Below are positions 23,178 through 32,125 of a DNA stretch of 64,000 nt, piece after piece. The notes under the pieces are model-generated. The model searched no databases, had not been told where the DNA came from, and worked only from the letters and a program-made list of their open reading frames with translations. The stretch covers positions 37,436 to 101,435 of the forward strand of contig CAWAUJ010000002.1 of NCBI GenBank assembly GCA_963785205.1, in the 5' to 3' direction. Numbering within the stretch: the stretch's first letter is position 1; the number at the start of each line of letters is the position of its first letter. Source of the DNA: an uncultured Solirubrobacterales bacterium (GTDB taxonomy: Bacteria; Actinomycetota; Thermoleophilia; Solirubrobacterales; Solirubrobacteraceae). The translations under genes were made by a program, and so were the position numbers.

Positions 23178-24074
23178 CTACCGGCCCCAGTCGGGATTGC
23201 TCGCCACCAGGCTGCTGATCTGGCGGGGAGTGCCACCCACCGATGGGACCACGTTCAGATGGTTGTTGATGAGGCCCACGATCGTCCTGCCGCTGGGAGA
23301 CCAGGATGGATGGGTGAAGCTGTTCGACGAGCTCACGAGCTGATGGTTGTCAGAGCCATCGGCGTCCATGATCCAGGCACCGTCGTATCCATGGTCATAT
23401 GCGATCTGCGAGCCGCTCGGCGACCATGAGGCGTCGAAGGCGACGATGTCCACGATGTGCCGTGGATGCGGGTTGGTCACGTTCGTGACGTAGACGCCCT
23501 GCGTGTTATCGAACGGGATGGAGATCACAAACAGGATCTGGGAACCCTTGGGTGACCATTGCGGCAACGCGTCGTTGTGATTGCTGGTCAGCCTCCGAAT
23601 TTTGCGGGTGCGGACGTTTACGACGCAGATTCCGCCGGCTGAGCCACAGGAGTCGAAGGCGATCTGCTTTCCGTCGGGCGACCAAGACGGATCGGTACCG
23701 GTCTTGATCAGCCGGGACAAACGGTTGCCCGTCTTGATGCAGATCCCGGCAGCAAACTTCGAGTACCTACCGCAGTTGAAGGCGATCGACTTCCCGTTGA
23801 AACTCACGGAAGGATTGGTCTCGTCGGTCTCGGTGAGCTGCCGTGGGTCATTGCCGCCCGGCTGGACCGAGCACAGTCCTGTGAACCCCTGGCCGTGGAT
23901 GCGGCAGTTGTCAAACACAATCACGCCGGGTGGGGCTGTCGTGGACCGACCACTGGCACCCGGGGCGCCCGCCAGGAATGCGAACACGAGCATTCCGGCG
24001 GCAATGGCCATCCCTGTCCGAACCTTCGAGCCCACTTCCGGGAGGAAGATATGCCGTGATCGCGGGCTAGTCAA
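23178..24074 (-). CDS. secreted TolB-like (PD40/WD40-like) beta-propeller repeat protein
   Basis: Repeated DPSWSPDG / PQWSPKG / ASWSPSG / PSWSPSG motifs and a signal-like N-terminus. Start is uncertain: TTG 24074 in a TTGA overlap, or ATG 24011. Confidence 0.7.
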   Translation of the reverse strand: MTSPRSRHIFLPEVGSKVRTGMAIAAGMLVFAFLAGAPGASGRSTTAPPGVIVFDNCRIHGQGFTGLCSVQPGGNDPRQLTETDETNPSVSFNGKSIAFNCGRYSKFAAGICIKTGNRLSRLIKTGTDPSWSPDGKQIAFDSCGSAGGICVVNVRTRKIRRLTSNHNDALPQWSPKGSQILFVISIPFDNTQGVYVTNVTNPHPRHIVDIVAFDASWSPSGSQIAYDHGYDGAWIMDADGSDNHQLVSSSNSFTHPSWSPSGRTIVGLINNHLNVVPSVGGTPRQISSLVASNPDWGR

Positions 24075-24706
24075 GCTGCTCCAGTGCCGTCCTTACGACG
24101 GCGATCATGGCCGAGGACCGCGGTCCAGTTGGCGGCGATCTCACGCTGGGCTCTGGCCAGCGAGATTCGTCCCTCGCACACCGCCTGCCTGAGGGCGTCC
24201 TCCACCCCATCCTTCGGATTGGGTGAAGCGCCGGGCTCGGGCCACAGGTTGCGAGGATCGTTTGTGGCTCCGCCCAACTCCAAAGGAACGAAATGGTCGT
24301 ACTCGTATGAGGCCGGCGACCCGGTGTCACCGTAGGCGGCCATGCTCGCGAACTTCTCCGGCTCGGTGATCGTCTCTGAAGGTCGCACCGTCTCGGTCCA
24401 TCCCTCGACGCAGATCGTCCGGTGGATCGTGGCTTGTCTGACGGCTGGATTCAAAGCCCCGGGCGTGCAGGCCGGATCGGGCCGCTCATACAGCCCGGAG
24501 CCGAACGCATGGCAGGTGCCTTTTGCCGGCTGCGGTTCTACGACGTTGTTGCTGGCCGTCGAATAGGCGAGCCGTGCGACGGAGACCGTGGGCGAGCGAA
24601 CCGGTCGAGTGCCGCTGCCGCAGCCAGCCACCAATGTCAGGACCGCACTCGTGATGGCGACTTGACCGGCGCGTCGAGCTGCCACCGCGGCGGCGAGGTC
24701 GCGCAC
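24071..24706 (-). CDS. lipoprotein with HNH-nuclease-like motif
   Basis: Lipobox LTLVAGCGSG. C-terminal YEYDHFVPLELGGATNDPRNLWPEP matches the D-H...GG...N-L HNH pattern. GTG 24706 is preferred over TTG 24745, which overlaps the upstream gene. Confidence 0.6.
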   Translation of the reverse strand: MRDLAAAVAARRAGQVAITSAVLTLVAGCGSGTRPVRSPTVSVARLAYSTASNNVVEPQPAKGTCHAFGSGLYERPDPACTPGALNPAVRQATIHRTICVEGWTETVRPSETITEPEKFASMAAYGDTGSPASYEYDHFVPLELGGATNDPRNLWPEPGASPNPKDGVEDALRQAVCEGRISLARAQREIAANWTAVLGHDRRRKDGTGAA

Positions 24707-24713
24707 AAATCCA

Positions 24714-25562
24714 CTATCCGAGGCGTGCTGCCCAGACCGGATCAAGCCCGTAGACCTTGCTCAGAGTATGCGGGCTGCCCCCCTGGGCCCAGACCACCTG
24801 GAGGGTGCCGTTCGAGTAGACGATCCGCTTCCCATTTGGAGACCACCATGGCTCCTGGGCTTCGCCATCAGCGACCAACTGGTGGTTGCGGGTCCCGTTG
24901 GCGTTGATCACGTAGACCCCGTTGAAGAGCTGGGTGTACGCGATCTGGGCGCTGTTCGGAGACCACGCCGGACCTGTCGCCTGTCCCGCATAGAGGTGGC
25001 GGGCTCCTCCGCCTCGCGAATTCATGACCCATATGCCGGCCGCTGGATCATCGGACTCCTCGATCGCAAACGCGATCTGACGACCGTTGGGTGACCAGGC
25101 TGGCCATGCCTCGGCTCCGTTGCCCGTCAGACGGTGGACCTTGTCAGTTTCTACGTTGACGGTGCAAAGCCCACCGGCGATGTGGCCCTGCGTGCAGTCC
25201 TCGAACAGCAGCTCGGCGCCGCTGGGCGACCAGACTGGATCGTTTCCGTACCTGGTCACCTGTCGGATTCTGCGCGGACCCCGGACGCATAGCCCGCCGG
25301 AGAACGTATCGCCGCATTCGAAGGCCAGCTCTCCCTTGGAGCTCACCGTCGGATTGCCCTCGCCGGAGTGGGTCAGCTGGCGCAGACCCCGACCGTCGGG
25401 CTGGATCGAGCAGATGCCGGAGGGGAGCGATCCGGGCTGGCACCTGTCAAAGACAATTACGCCGGCTCCCGCGGCGAGAGCTGGTGTTGAAAACAGGGCC
25501 GCAGTGACGACCACCCCCAGCAGTGGAGTGGCCCATCTCAAGACCGGTGCACGATGCCTCAT
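24714..25562 (-). CDS. secreted TolB-like (PD40) beta-propeller repeat protein, paralogue of 23178..24074
   Basis: ATG 25562 is preceded by AAGGAGG. Signal peptide; WSPSG/WSPNG repeats. Shares the Cys pattern VIVFDxC...GxCSxQP with the paralogue. Confidence 0.7.
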   Translation of the reverse strand: MRHRAPVLRWATPLLGVVVTAALFSTPALAAGAGVIVFDRCQPGSLPSGICSIQPDGRGLRQLTHSGEGNPTVSSKGELAFECGDTFSGGLCVRGPRRIRQVTRYGNDPVWSPSGAELLFEDCTQGHIAGGLCTVNVETDKVHRLTGNGAEAWPAWSPNGRQIAFAIEESDDPAAGIWVMNSRGGGARHLYAGQATGPAWSPNSAQIAYTQLFNGVYVINANGTRNHQLVADGEAQEPWWSPNGKRIVYSNGTLQVVWAQGGSPHTLSKVYGLDPVWAARLG

Positions 25563-25668
25563 TACGCCTCCTTGTGCGTCCTGCTCGCCCTTTGCCGCCC
25601 TCAAGGGTATGGGACCGTGTAAAGGCATTCCAAAGCATCGAGCCAAGGACCGCACCTATCCTGCGTAC

Positions 25669-26844
25669 ATGATCGACGAGCGTCTGCTCACCGAACGGCT
25701 GATCGGCTATGACACCTCACGACCGGATGAGCTGGTGGCGGCGGCAGGATTCGTCAAGGGATGGCTCGAATCTCGGGAGATCGAGGTCACCGAGATCCAG
25801 CACGACGGCCTCCCGGTACTCCTGGCCGATGTGGGGCCGCCGCGGGACAACGGGGTGCCGGCCGTGATCCTGCACGGACACCTCGATGTCGTCCCTGGCC
25901 GCCCCGAGCAGTTCGAGCCGCGCCTTGAGGGCGACCGGCTCTTCGGGCGGGGTGCTTATGACATGAAGGGCGGACTGGCATCGATGATGTGTGTGCTGAA
26001 GGACGTTGAGCGCCAGGACCGGGTGGCGGTGCGATTCATGTGTGTCCCGGACGAGGAGTCCGAAGAGCTCGACCATCGGTCCACCGACACGCTGATTGGC
26101 GAGAACTCGCGAGCCGACTTCGCGATGACCGGCGAGCCAACCAACATGCACATCGGTGTCGAAGCCAAAGGCGTGCTGATCATGCGGATCGAGGTTCACG
26201 GCCGCTCGGCTCACAGCTCGACGCCGTGGCTGGGGGAGAATGCGGTGCTGAAGGCGATCGACGTCTTCCGGACGATCGAGACGTTGTCTTTCTCTCGCGA
26301 GTCCTCGGAGATGTTCGATCGCCCGTCGATCAACCTCGGTCGGATCCGGGGTGGGGACGCGCTCAACAAGGTCCCCGACGAGTGTGCGATGGCCGTCGAC
26401 ATCCGCTACCTGCCCGGACAGGACCCCGAGGAAATTCTGGCCCAGGTGCGGGCGATCCCGGGCATCGACGTAACCCGAACGTTCATCCATCCCCCGGTCG
26501 CCGTGCCCCGGAGCAATGTCTACGTTCGGGCGCTCGGTGAAGCCGTCAAGCGCTCGGTCCGGGGCGAGGCCATCAGCGTGGGCCGCGAGGGTGCGTCGGA
26601 CGCGGCTGCGTTCCTGGCCGCCGGGATCCCGGCGGTCGAGTTTGGACCGGAGGGCGACGGCCACCACGGCCCCGACGAGTGGGTCTCGGTCTCGTCGCTG
26701 GCCAGGTACCGCCGGGCGTTGGGCGACTTCATCCGGACCTTGCCGCTCCAGCTCGAGTCTGGCGGGGCCGCCGAGGGCGCGGTGGAGCCCGACCCCGTGT
26801 CGCGCGAAGCCCGCCTTCGCGCGGTCAAAGGAGGCCGGGGCTGA
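25669..26844 (+). CDS. M20-family metallopeptidase (ArgE/DapE/ACY1-like deacylase)
   Basis: ATG 25669 lies inside the long ORF 25087..26844. Motifs LHGHLDVVP, GRGAYDMKGG and PDEESEE. Confidence 0.85.
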   Translation: MIDERLLTERLIGYDTSRPDELVAAAGFVKGWLESREIEVTEIQHDGLPVLLADVGPPRDNGVPAVILHGHLDVVPGRPEQFEPRLEGDRLFGRGAYDMKGGLASMMCVLKDVERQDRVAVRFMCVPDEESEELDHRSTDTLIGENSRADFAMTGEPTNMHIGVEAKGVLIMRIEVHGRSAHSSTPWLGENAVLKAIDVFRTIETLSFSRESSEMFDRPSINLGRIRGGDALNKVPDECAMAVDIRYLPGQDPEEILAQVRAIPGIDVTRTFIHPPVAVPRSNVYVRALGEAVKRSVRGEAISVGREGASDAAAFLAAGIPAVEFGPEGDGHHGPDEWVSVSSLARYRRALGDFIRTLPLQLESGGAAEGAVEPDPVSREARLRAVKGGRG

Positions 26845-28394
26845 AGCTGCTGCCCTCCTCGCGCCGTGGGGCGCTGTGGCGGTTCGCGCTGGGATCGACG
26901 ATCGTGATCCTGTTCACCGCGGCGGCCACAGCGGTGGCCGGGCTGCTCCAGTTCAAGCAGCTCGCGGCGGACATCTCGGTGACCCCACCGATCAAGCACG
27001 CCAATGTCACGATCGCCAATCCCGGCAACCCCCAGACGCTGCTCCTGATCGGCTCCGACCATCGGGCGGGCGAGCCGTGGAAGGCGGCCAACACCGACAC
27101 GATGATGCTGGTGCGGCTCGATCCGTCATCCAGCACGATCAACCTGCTCTCGGTTCCCCGGGACCTGCAGGTGCAGATTCCCGAGGGAGGCGTGATGGCC
27201 AGCGACAAGCTGAATGCCGCCTACTCGATCGGCGGGCCAAACCTCCTGATCAGGGTGCTCCGGCGCGAGGTCTTCCCCGGCCTGCGCATCAACCACATCA
27301 TCGACGTGAACTTCGGAGGGTTCGAGGATCTGGTCAATGCCATCGGCTGCGTGTATGTCGATGTGGACCACCGCTATTACAACAACACCGCCCTCACCGA
27401 CTACTCGAGCATCAACATCCAGCCGGGGTACCAGAGGCTCTGCGGAGCGGACGCACTGGCATTCGTGCGCTTCCGCCACACCGATTCCGACATCGTCCGC
27501 AACGCTCGTCAGCAGGACTTCCTGCGCTGGGTCAAGGATCAGTTCAGCCTGAGCTACCTGGTCTCCAACCGAGACAGGCTGCTGCGCATCTTCGGCGAAC
27601 ATACGCAGACCGATGCCGACCTGCACTCGGTGGACGGCCTCATCAACCTGTTCAACCTGGTCGCGTTCTCGGATGGCCACACGATCAAGCAGATCCCGTT
27701 CCCAGCCATCTTCCTGCCCTGCGGCACCCAGCCTGGCGCGGTTCTCGGTGCAGCTTGCTACGTGACCGCCAACCACTCGGCCGAGAGACGCGCCTACGAG
27801 AGCTTCATGACGCCCACACGCTCCTCTTCGGGCAGTGGCCGCCACCATTCATCGGCCAAGCATTCCGGCCCGCAGTTCGGCTTTACGGGGATCGACAGGA
27901 TCCCGCCGCCGCCGCCGAAGGCCCCCGTAACGGCCGATCCCGCCGACGGCCGGGCGCAGGTGGCGGCGCTCCACCACGCCGGGATGCCCGTCTATTACCC
28001 GCGGATGATCGCCAACGGGTCTTCGTACTGCACGCCGGCCAACGCGAGCTGCTACGTCGAGATCCCGAGCCCAGGGTCCTATCCGCGAGCCTACCGGCTC
28101 GCTAACCGCGCTGGCCACCATTACGCCGCCTACCGGATGACGCTCGCGCTGAACCCGATTCTCGGCGAGTACTACGGCGTCCAGGGGACGACCTGGCAGA
28201 ACCCGCCGATCCTGAACAAGCCGACGTCCAGCACATGGGCGGGCGGAAAGCACCTGGAGCTTTACTACAACGGTGGGAAGCTGAGTCTCGTGGCCTGGCA
28301 CACGTCACGCGCGGCGTACTGGATCTCCAACACGCTGACCGACACGCTCTCGCCCCGGCAGATGATCGCCATCGCCGCTTCGCTCCGGCGCTGA
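26841..28394 (+). CDS. LCP (LytR-CpsA-Psr) family cell-wall glycopolymer ligase with an extra C-terminal domain
   Basis: TM helix WRFALGSTIVILFTAAATAVAGLL, then LLIGSDHR...DTMMLVRLDP...LSVPRDL (LCP core). No ATG/GTG lies near the TM. The candidate start is CTG 26841 (CTGA overlap, AAAGGAGG 6 nt upstream); the alternative is GTG 26679. Confidence 0.75.
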   Translation: MKLLPSSRRGALWRFALGSTIVILFTAAATAVAGLLQFKQLAADISVTPPIKHANVTIANPGNPQTLLLIGSDHRAGEPWKAANTDTMMLVRLDPSSSTINLLSVPRDLQVQIPEGGVMASDKLNAAYSIGGPNLLIRVLRREVFPGLRINHIIDVNFGGFEDLVNAIGCVYVDVDHRYYNNTALTDYSSINIQPGYQRLCGADALAFVRFRHTDSDIVRNARQQDFLRWVKDQFSLSYLVSNRDRLLRIFGEHTQTDADLHSVDGLINLFNLVAFSDGHTIKQIPFPAIFLPCGTQPGAVLGAACYVTANHSAERRAYESFMTPTRSSSGSGRHHSSAKHSGPQFGFTGIDRIPPPPPKAPVTADPADGRAQVAALHHAGMPVYYPRMIANGSSYCTPANASCYVEIPSPGSYPRAYRLANRAGHHYAAYRMTLALNPILGEYYGVQGTTWQNPPILNKPTSSTWAGGKHLELYYNGGKLSLVAWHTSRAAYWISNTLTDTLSPRQMIAIAASLRR

Positions 28395-28419
28395 GCGCGC
28401 CGGTACCCTCCGGCGTCCG

Positions 28420-31032
28420 ATGGCACCCGCGCGGCCACCCATAGCTGTGATCGGCACCGGCTACGTCGGCCTGGTGACGGCCGCTGGCTTCGCCCAGCTG
28501 GGCGCGGATGTGTGGTGTGTGGACATCGACTCGGAAAAGATCGCCCGGCTCGAGCGCGGAGAGGTGCCGATCTACGAACCCGGCCTGGCCGAATGCGTGG
28601 CCGCCAATCGCGAGCGGCTGCACTTCTCAGACCAGCTCGGACCGGCCCTGGAGCATGCCCGGCTGCTGTTCGTGGCCGTCGGAACCCCTCCGACCTATTC
28701 CGGCGACGCCGACCTTTCGGCGGTTCACGCCGTGGTCGATGCGATGCCGTCCTCCGACCATCACGCCCTGGTCATGAAATCGACGGTACCCGTCGGCACC
28801 GGGGCGGCCATAAGGCGGATCCTGGCCGAGCAGGGCAAGGCGAACTTTGCCTATGTGTCGTGTCCGGAGTTCCTGAAAGAGGGGGCCGCACTCGACGACT
28901 TCCTCCATCCCGATCGCATCGTGGTGGGTGATGACGGTGACTGGGCCGGTGACGCGGTGGTCGAGCTCTACGCGCCGCTCGATGCTCCGCTTATCCGGAC
29001 CGACATCGCCAGCGCCGAGATGATCAAGCTGGCCGCCAACGCCTTCCTGGCCACAAAGATCTCATTCATCAACGAGATCGCAAACGTGTGCGAGGAAACC
29101 GGCGCCGACGTCCTCGAGGTGGCCCGCGGGATGGGACTCGATCACCGGATCGGATCGCACTTCCTGCAGCCGGGGATCGGATATGGCGGCAGTTGCTTTG
29201 CCCCTGACGAGACCGTGTTGGTCCGCCATCGAGGCTGGACAAAGCTGTTGACCTTTGAGCAGCTTTGGACTCGCCTGGCGGCTGAGGAGGACGAGTTCGA
29301 GGACGGGGTGATTGAGCCTCCTCGCCTGGAGGTCCTTTCGTGGGCTCCGGGCACCGAGCGGCCCGTTTTCCTGCCCGTGATGTGCGTGACCCGGCGCGAC
29401 TACGAGGGCGAGCTCGTCGAGGTGAGGACGAAGATGGGTCGCCGGGTGCGATGCACCCCGGACCATGGATGGATCGTGGGCGACGGGCGCGGGTCGGAGG
29501 CGTCGTTCAAGCTGGCGGGGAATCTGACCACGGAAGACTGGGTGCCGCTGGCCCTCGGGCGGGCAGAGGAATGGCAGGGGACGAAGGTGGCCGCGCTGGT
29601 GGCGGCGGCGGAGGTGGCCGAGATCGCACCAGAAAAGTTGATCGTGAGGCCGAGGCGGGAGCTGATCGACGAGCTTGTCGGCTGGCCGCTGGAGGCGCGG
29701 CGAGAGGTCTTCGGCCGCTCGTCCGCCGCCGCCCGGAGCGAGTTGGAGATCAGCGACGCGTTCTGGAGGGTCGTTGGGCTGTATCTCGCTGAGGGGTGTG
29801 CGCCCGAGGACAGCAGCAGATGGCGGCTGAAGTGGTCGTTCGATCCCAGTCGTGAGCAGCATCTGGTCGACGAGGTCGTCGCGTATTGGCTGCGGCAGAA
29901 CGTTCGGGCCAGGGTCCATGACTCCGCGACCGCCCGAAACGTCGTCGTGTCATCTCGTCTCCTGAGGACGTGGTTCGTCCACGTCCTGGGCGTGGGACGC
30001 ACCTGCGACGAGCAGCGGCTCCCCGACATGATCTGGGAGCAGCCGGAGTCCGCGAAATGGGCGCTCCTGTCCGGCCTGTTCGAGGGCGATGGTTCGTGGT
30101 CGCTGGTCAACGGAGGACCGAGCGTGATCATTGAGTTGGGAACCGTGAGTGATGAGCTGGCCGACGGGGTCCTCCGCTTGCTGGGCGATCTCGGGATCGT
30201 GGCCTCCCAGCGGATCGGGCGAGCGAGCAAGTCCACGAAGGACACACATTGGATCCGCATTGCTGGTGCGGAGCAGATCGAGCGCGCGATCGAGCTGGTG
30301 CCAAAGCGCGATCGACCGGGTGTCCTGGCCTCGATCGCCCGCCAGCAGAAGCGGATCGCGCCGACCGGGTACCGCCGATTCGGGGACGGGCCGGCCTGGG
30401 TTCGAGTTGCTTCAACGCAGCGAACTGCGTTCAGGGGACCCGTGTATTCGCTCGAGGTCGTTCACGCTCACACCGTCGTCACATCGACCGGCATTACGAC
30501 GCCCCAATGCTTTCCCAAGGATGTCTCGGCCCTCAAGCAGCTGGCCGGCAACTCCGGTTACCACTTCCAGCTCCTGACCGCGGTGATCGAGGTCAACGAA
30601 CTGCAGAAACGGCGGGTCGTGGCCAAGCTCCAGAAGCACCTGGGCCCGCTCGTGGGGCGGCAGATCGCGCTGCTGGGATTGGCTTTCAAGCCGGGCACCG
30701 ACGACATGCGCGAAGCGTCATCGCTGGTGCTGGCGGCCAGGCTCCAGGCCGACGGGGCCAAGGTCCGCGCGTATGACCCGGTGGCTGAGGAGGTGGCGCG
30801 GTCGCTGCTGGTCGGGGTGGAGTTCGCGGCCGACGCGCTCGAGGCGCTGACCGGGGCCGACGCGTGCGTGGTCGTGACCGAGTGGCCGGAGTTCACGGCG
30901 ATCGACTGGACCGAGGCTCAAACGCGGATGAGTGGGACACTTGTGGTCGACGGACGCAACTGCCTGGAACCCTCCTCGGTGACGGCGGCGGGGCTCGTTT
31001 ACGAAGGCATCGGAAGGAGTGCTCCAGAATGA
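28420..31032 (+). CDS. ugd: UDP-glucose 6-dehydrogenase precursor interrupted by an intein
   Basis: N-extein IAVIGTGYVGL...EFLKEGAALDDF...GIGYGGS. C-extein CFPKDVSALKQLA...GLAFKPGTDDMREAS. The joined exteins give a protein of about 430 aa, a normal UGDH length. Confidence 0.92.
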   Translation: MAPARPPIAVIGTGYVGLVTAAGFAQLGADVWCVDIDSEKIARLERGEVPIYEPGLAECVAANRERLHFSDQLGPALEHARLLFVAVGTPPTYSGDADLSAVHAVVDAMPSSDHHALVMKSTVPVGTGAAIRRILAEQGKANFAYVSCPEFLKEGAALDDFLHPDRIVVGDDGDWAGDAVVELYAPLDAPLIRTDIASAEMIKLAANAFLATKISFINEIANVCEETGADVLEVARGMGLDHRIGSHFLQPGIGYGGSCFAPDETVLVRHRGWTKLLTFEQLWTRLAAEEDEFEDGVIEPPRLEVLSWAPGTERPVFLPVMCVTRRDYEGELVEVRTKMGRRVRCTPDHGWIVGDGRGSEASFKLAGNLTTEDWVPLALGRAEEWQGTKVAALVAAAEVAEIAPEKLIVRPRRELIDELVGWPLEARREVFGRSSAAARSELEISDAFWRVVGLYLAEGCAPEDSSRWRLKWSFDPSREQHLVDEVVAYWLRQNVRARVHDSATARNVVVSSRLLRTWFVHVLGVGRTCDEQRLPDMIWEQPESAKWALLSGLFEGDGSWSLVNGGPSVIIELGTVSDELADGVLRLLGDLGIVASQRIGRASKSTKDTHWIRIAGAEQIERAIELVPKRDRPGVLASIARQQKRIAPTGYRRFGDGPAWVRVASTQRTAFRGPVYSLEVVHAHTVVTSTGITTPQCFPKDVSALKQLAGNSGYHFQLLTAVIEVNELQKRRVVAKLQKHLGPLVGRQIALLGLAFKPGTDDMREASSLVLAARLQADGAKVRAYDPVAEEVARSLLVGVEFAADALEALTGADACVVVTEWPEFTAIDWTEAQTRMSGTLVVDGRNCLEPSSVTAAGLVYEGIGRSAPE
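29194..30507 (+). mobile_element. intein with LAGLIDADG homing-endonuclease domain (438 codons) inside ugd
   Basis: Starts at Cys259 (CFAPDETVLV, block A). Block B RCTPDHGW. Dodecapeptide motifs VGLYLAEGCA and LSGLFEGDGSW. Block F/G VYSLEVVHAHTVVTSTGITTPQ, followed by +1 Cys (the UGDH catalytic Cys). Confidence 0.85.
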
Positions 31033-32093
31033 CCATGACTGACCCGGGCAAGCTCGACCGCGAGAGCATCGCGTCGATCGACCGAAGCGGACAGCTCGAG
31101 GACATGCTCGCTTTGCCCGATCAGCTGCGAGACGCTCTGTGGCGCGTCGAGGCCGCCTCGCTGGAGCGCTACGACGCGGCCGACGGACTGATCATCGCGG
31201 GGATGGGAGGGTCGGCGATCGGCGGTGCGCTCGCCCGGGCGGCCCTCGGAGATCGGGTCTTCCGGCCGCTCCTGCTGGCCCGGGACTACGGTCTTCCCGC
31301 GTGGGCCACGCCGGAGACGGCGGTGCTCTGCTCGAGCTATTCGGGCAATACGGAGGAGACGCTGGCCGCCTACGAGGCGGCCGGGGCCGTGGGGGCCAGG
31401 CGCTTCGTGGCCACCACGGGCGGCAAGCTGGCCGAGGTCTCGCGCGCCGAGGCTGTGCCGGTGATACCGCTGCCCGGCGGATTTCAGCCCCGCGCGGCGG
31501 TCGCCTATTCGCTGGTGGTCGCGCTCGAGGTAGCGGCGCTCTGCGGAGTGGGGGATTCGCTGCATTCCGAAATTGATGTGGCCGCGGCCCACACGGAAGC
31601 GCTGATCGCGAGATGGCAGCCGGGAGGCGAGGAGGAGAACCTGGCCAAGGACCTCGCGCTGGGTCTGCACGGAACCGTGCCCCAGATCGCTGGCGCGGGA
31701 CTGACGACTCCAATCGCCTACCGCTGGAAGACCCAGCTCAACGAAAACGCCGAGATACCCGCGTTCTGGGCCGAGTTGCCAGAGCTCGACCACAACGAGG
31801 TCGTGGGGTGGGAGTCCGCCGCGGAGTTTGCCCGCTTCAGCGCCGTGTTCCTGGATGACGCTGATCTGCATCCGCGCGTCCGCCAGCGATTCGAGCTGAC
31901 TCGCGGCCTGATCGCGGCCAACGGCGCGCCCACGTTCAAGGTCGAAAGCGTTGGGGAGACGCGCACCGAGCGCGTCCTGTCGCTGGTCGTGCTGGGTGAC
32001 CTGGTGTCGCTCTATCTGGCGGTGCTCCGAGGCGTCGATCCGACGCCCGTGGCGCCGCTTGATCGGCTGAAGAGCGCCCTGGCCGGAGGCTGA
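31029..32093 (+). CDS. bifunctional phosphoglucose/phosphomannose isomerase (SIS-domain family)
   Basis: ATGA overlap with ugd. GMGGSAIGG, SYSGNTEET and WKTQLNENA motifs typical of the archaeal/actinobacterial PGI/PMI family. Confidence 0.8.
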   Translation: MTMTDPGKLDRESIASIDRSGQLEDMLALPDQLRDALWRVEAASLERYDAADGLIIAGMGGSAIGGALARAALGDRVFRPLLLARDYGLPAWATPETAVLCSSYSGNTEETLAAYEAAGAVGARRFVATTGGKLAEVSRAEAVPVIPLPGGFQPRAAVAYSLVVALEVAALCGVGDSLHSEIDVAAAHTEALIARWQPGGEEENLAKDLALGLHGTVPQIAGAGLTTPIAYRWKTQLNENAEIPAFWAELPELDHNEVVGWESAAEFARFSAVFLDDADLHPRVRQRFELTRGLIAANGAPTFKVESVGETRTERVLSLVVLGDLVSLYLAVLRGVDPTPVAPLDRLKSALAGG

Positions 32094-32125
32094 GGCGACG
32101 GGGCTGGGCCCCGCTGCCTTTAGTC

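Noticed and set aside
32094-32125. Short hairpin CGGGGC-tgg-GCCCCG between the convergent PGI/PMI and GGDEF genes.
   Set aside because: The stem is only 6 bp with a poor T-tract (CTGCCTTTAG). It is not distinguishable from background GC-rich self-complementarity.
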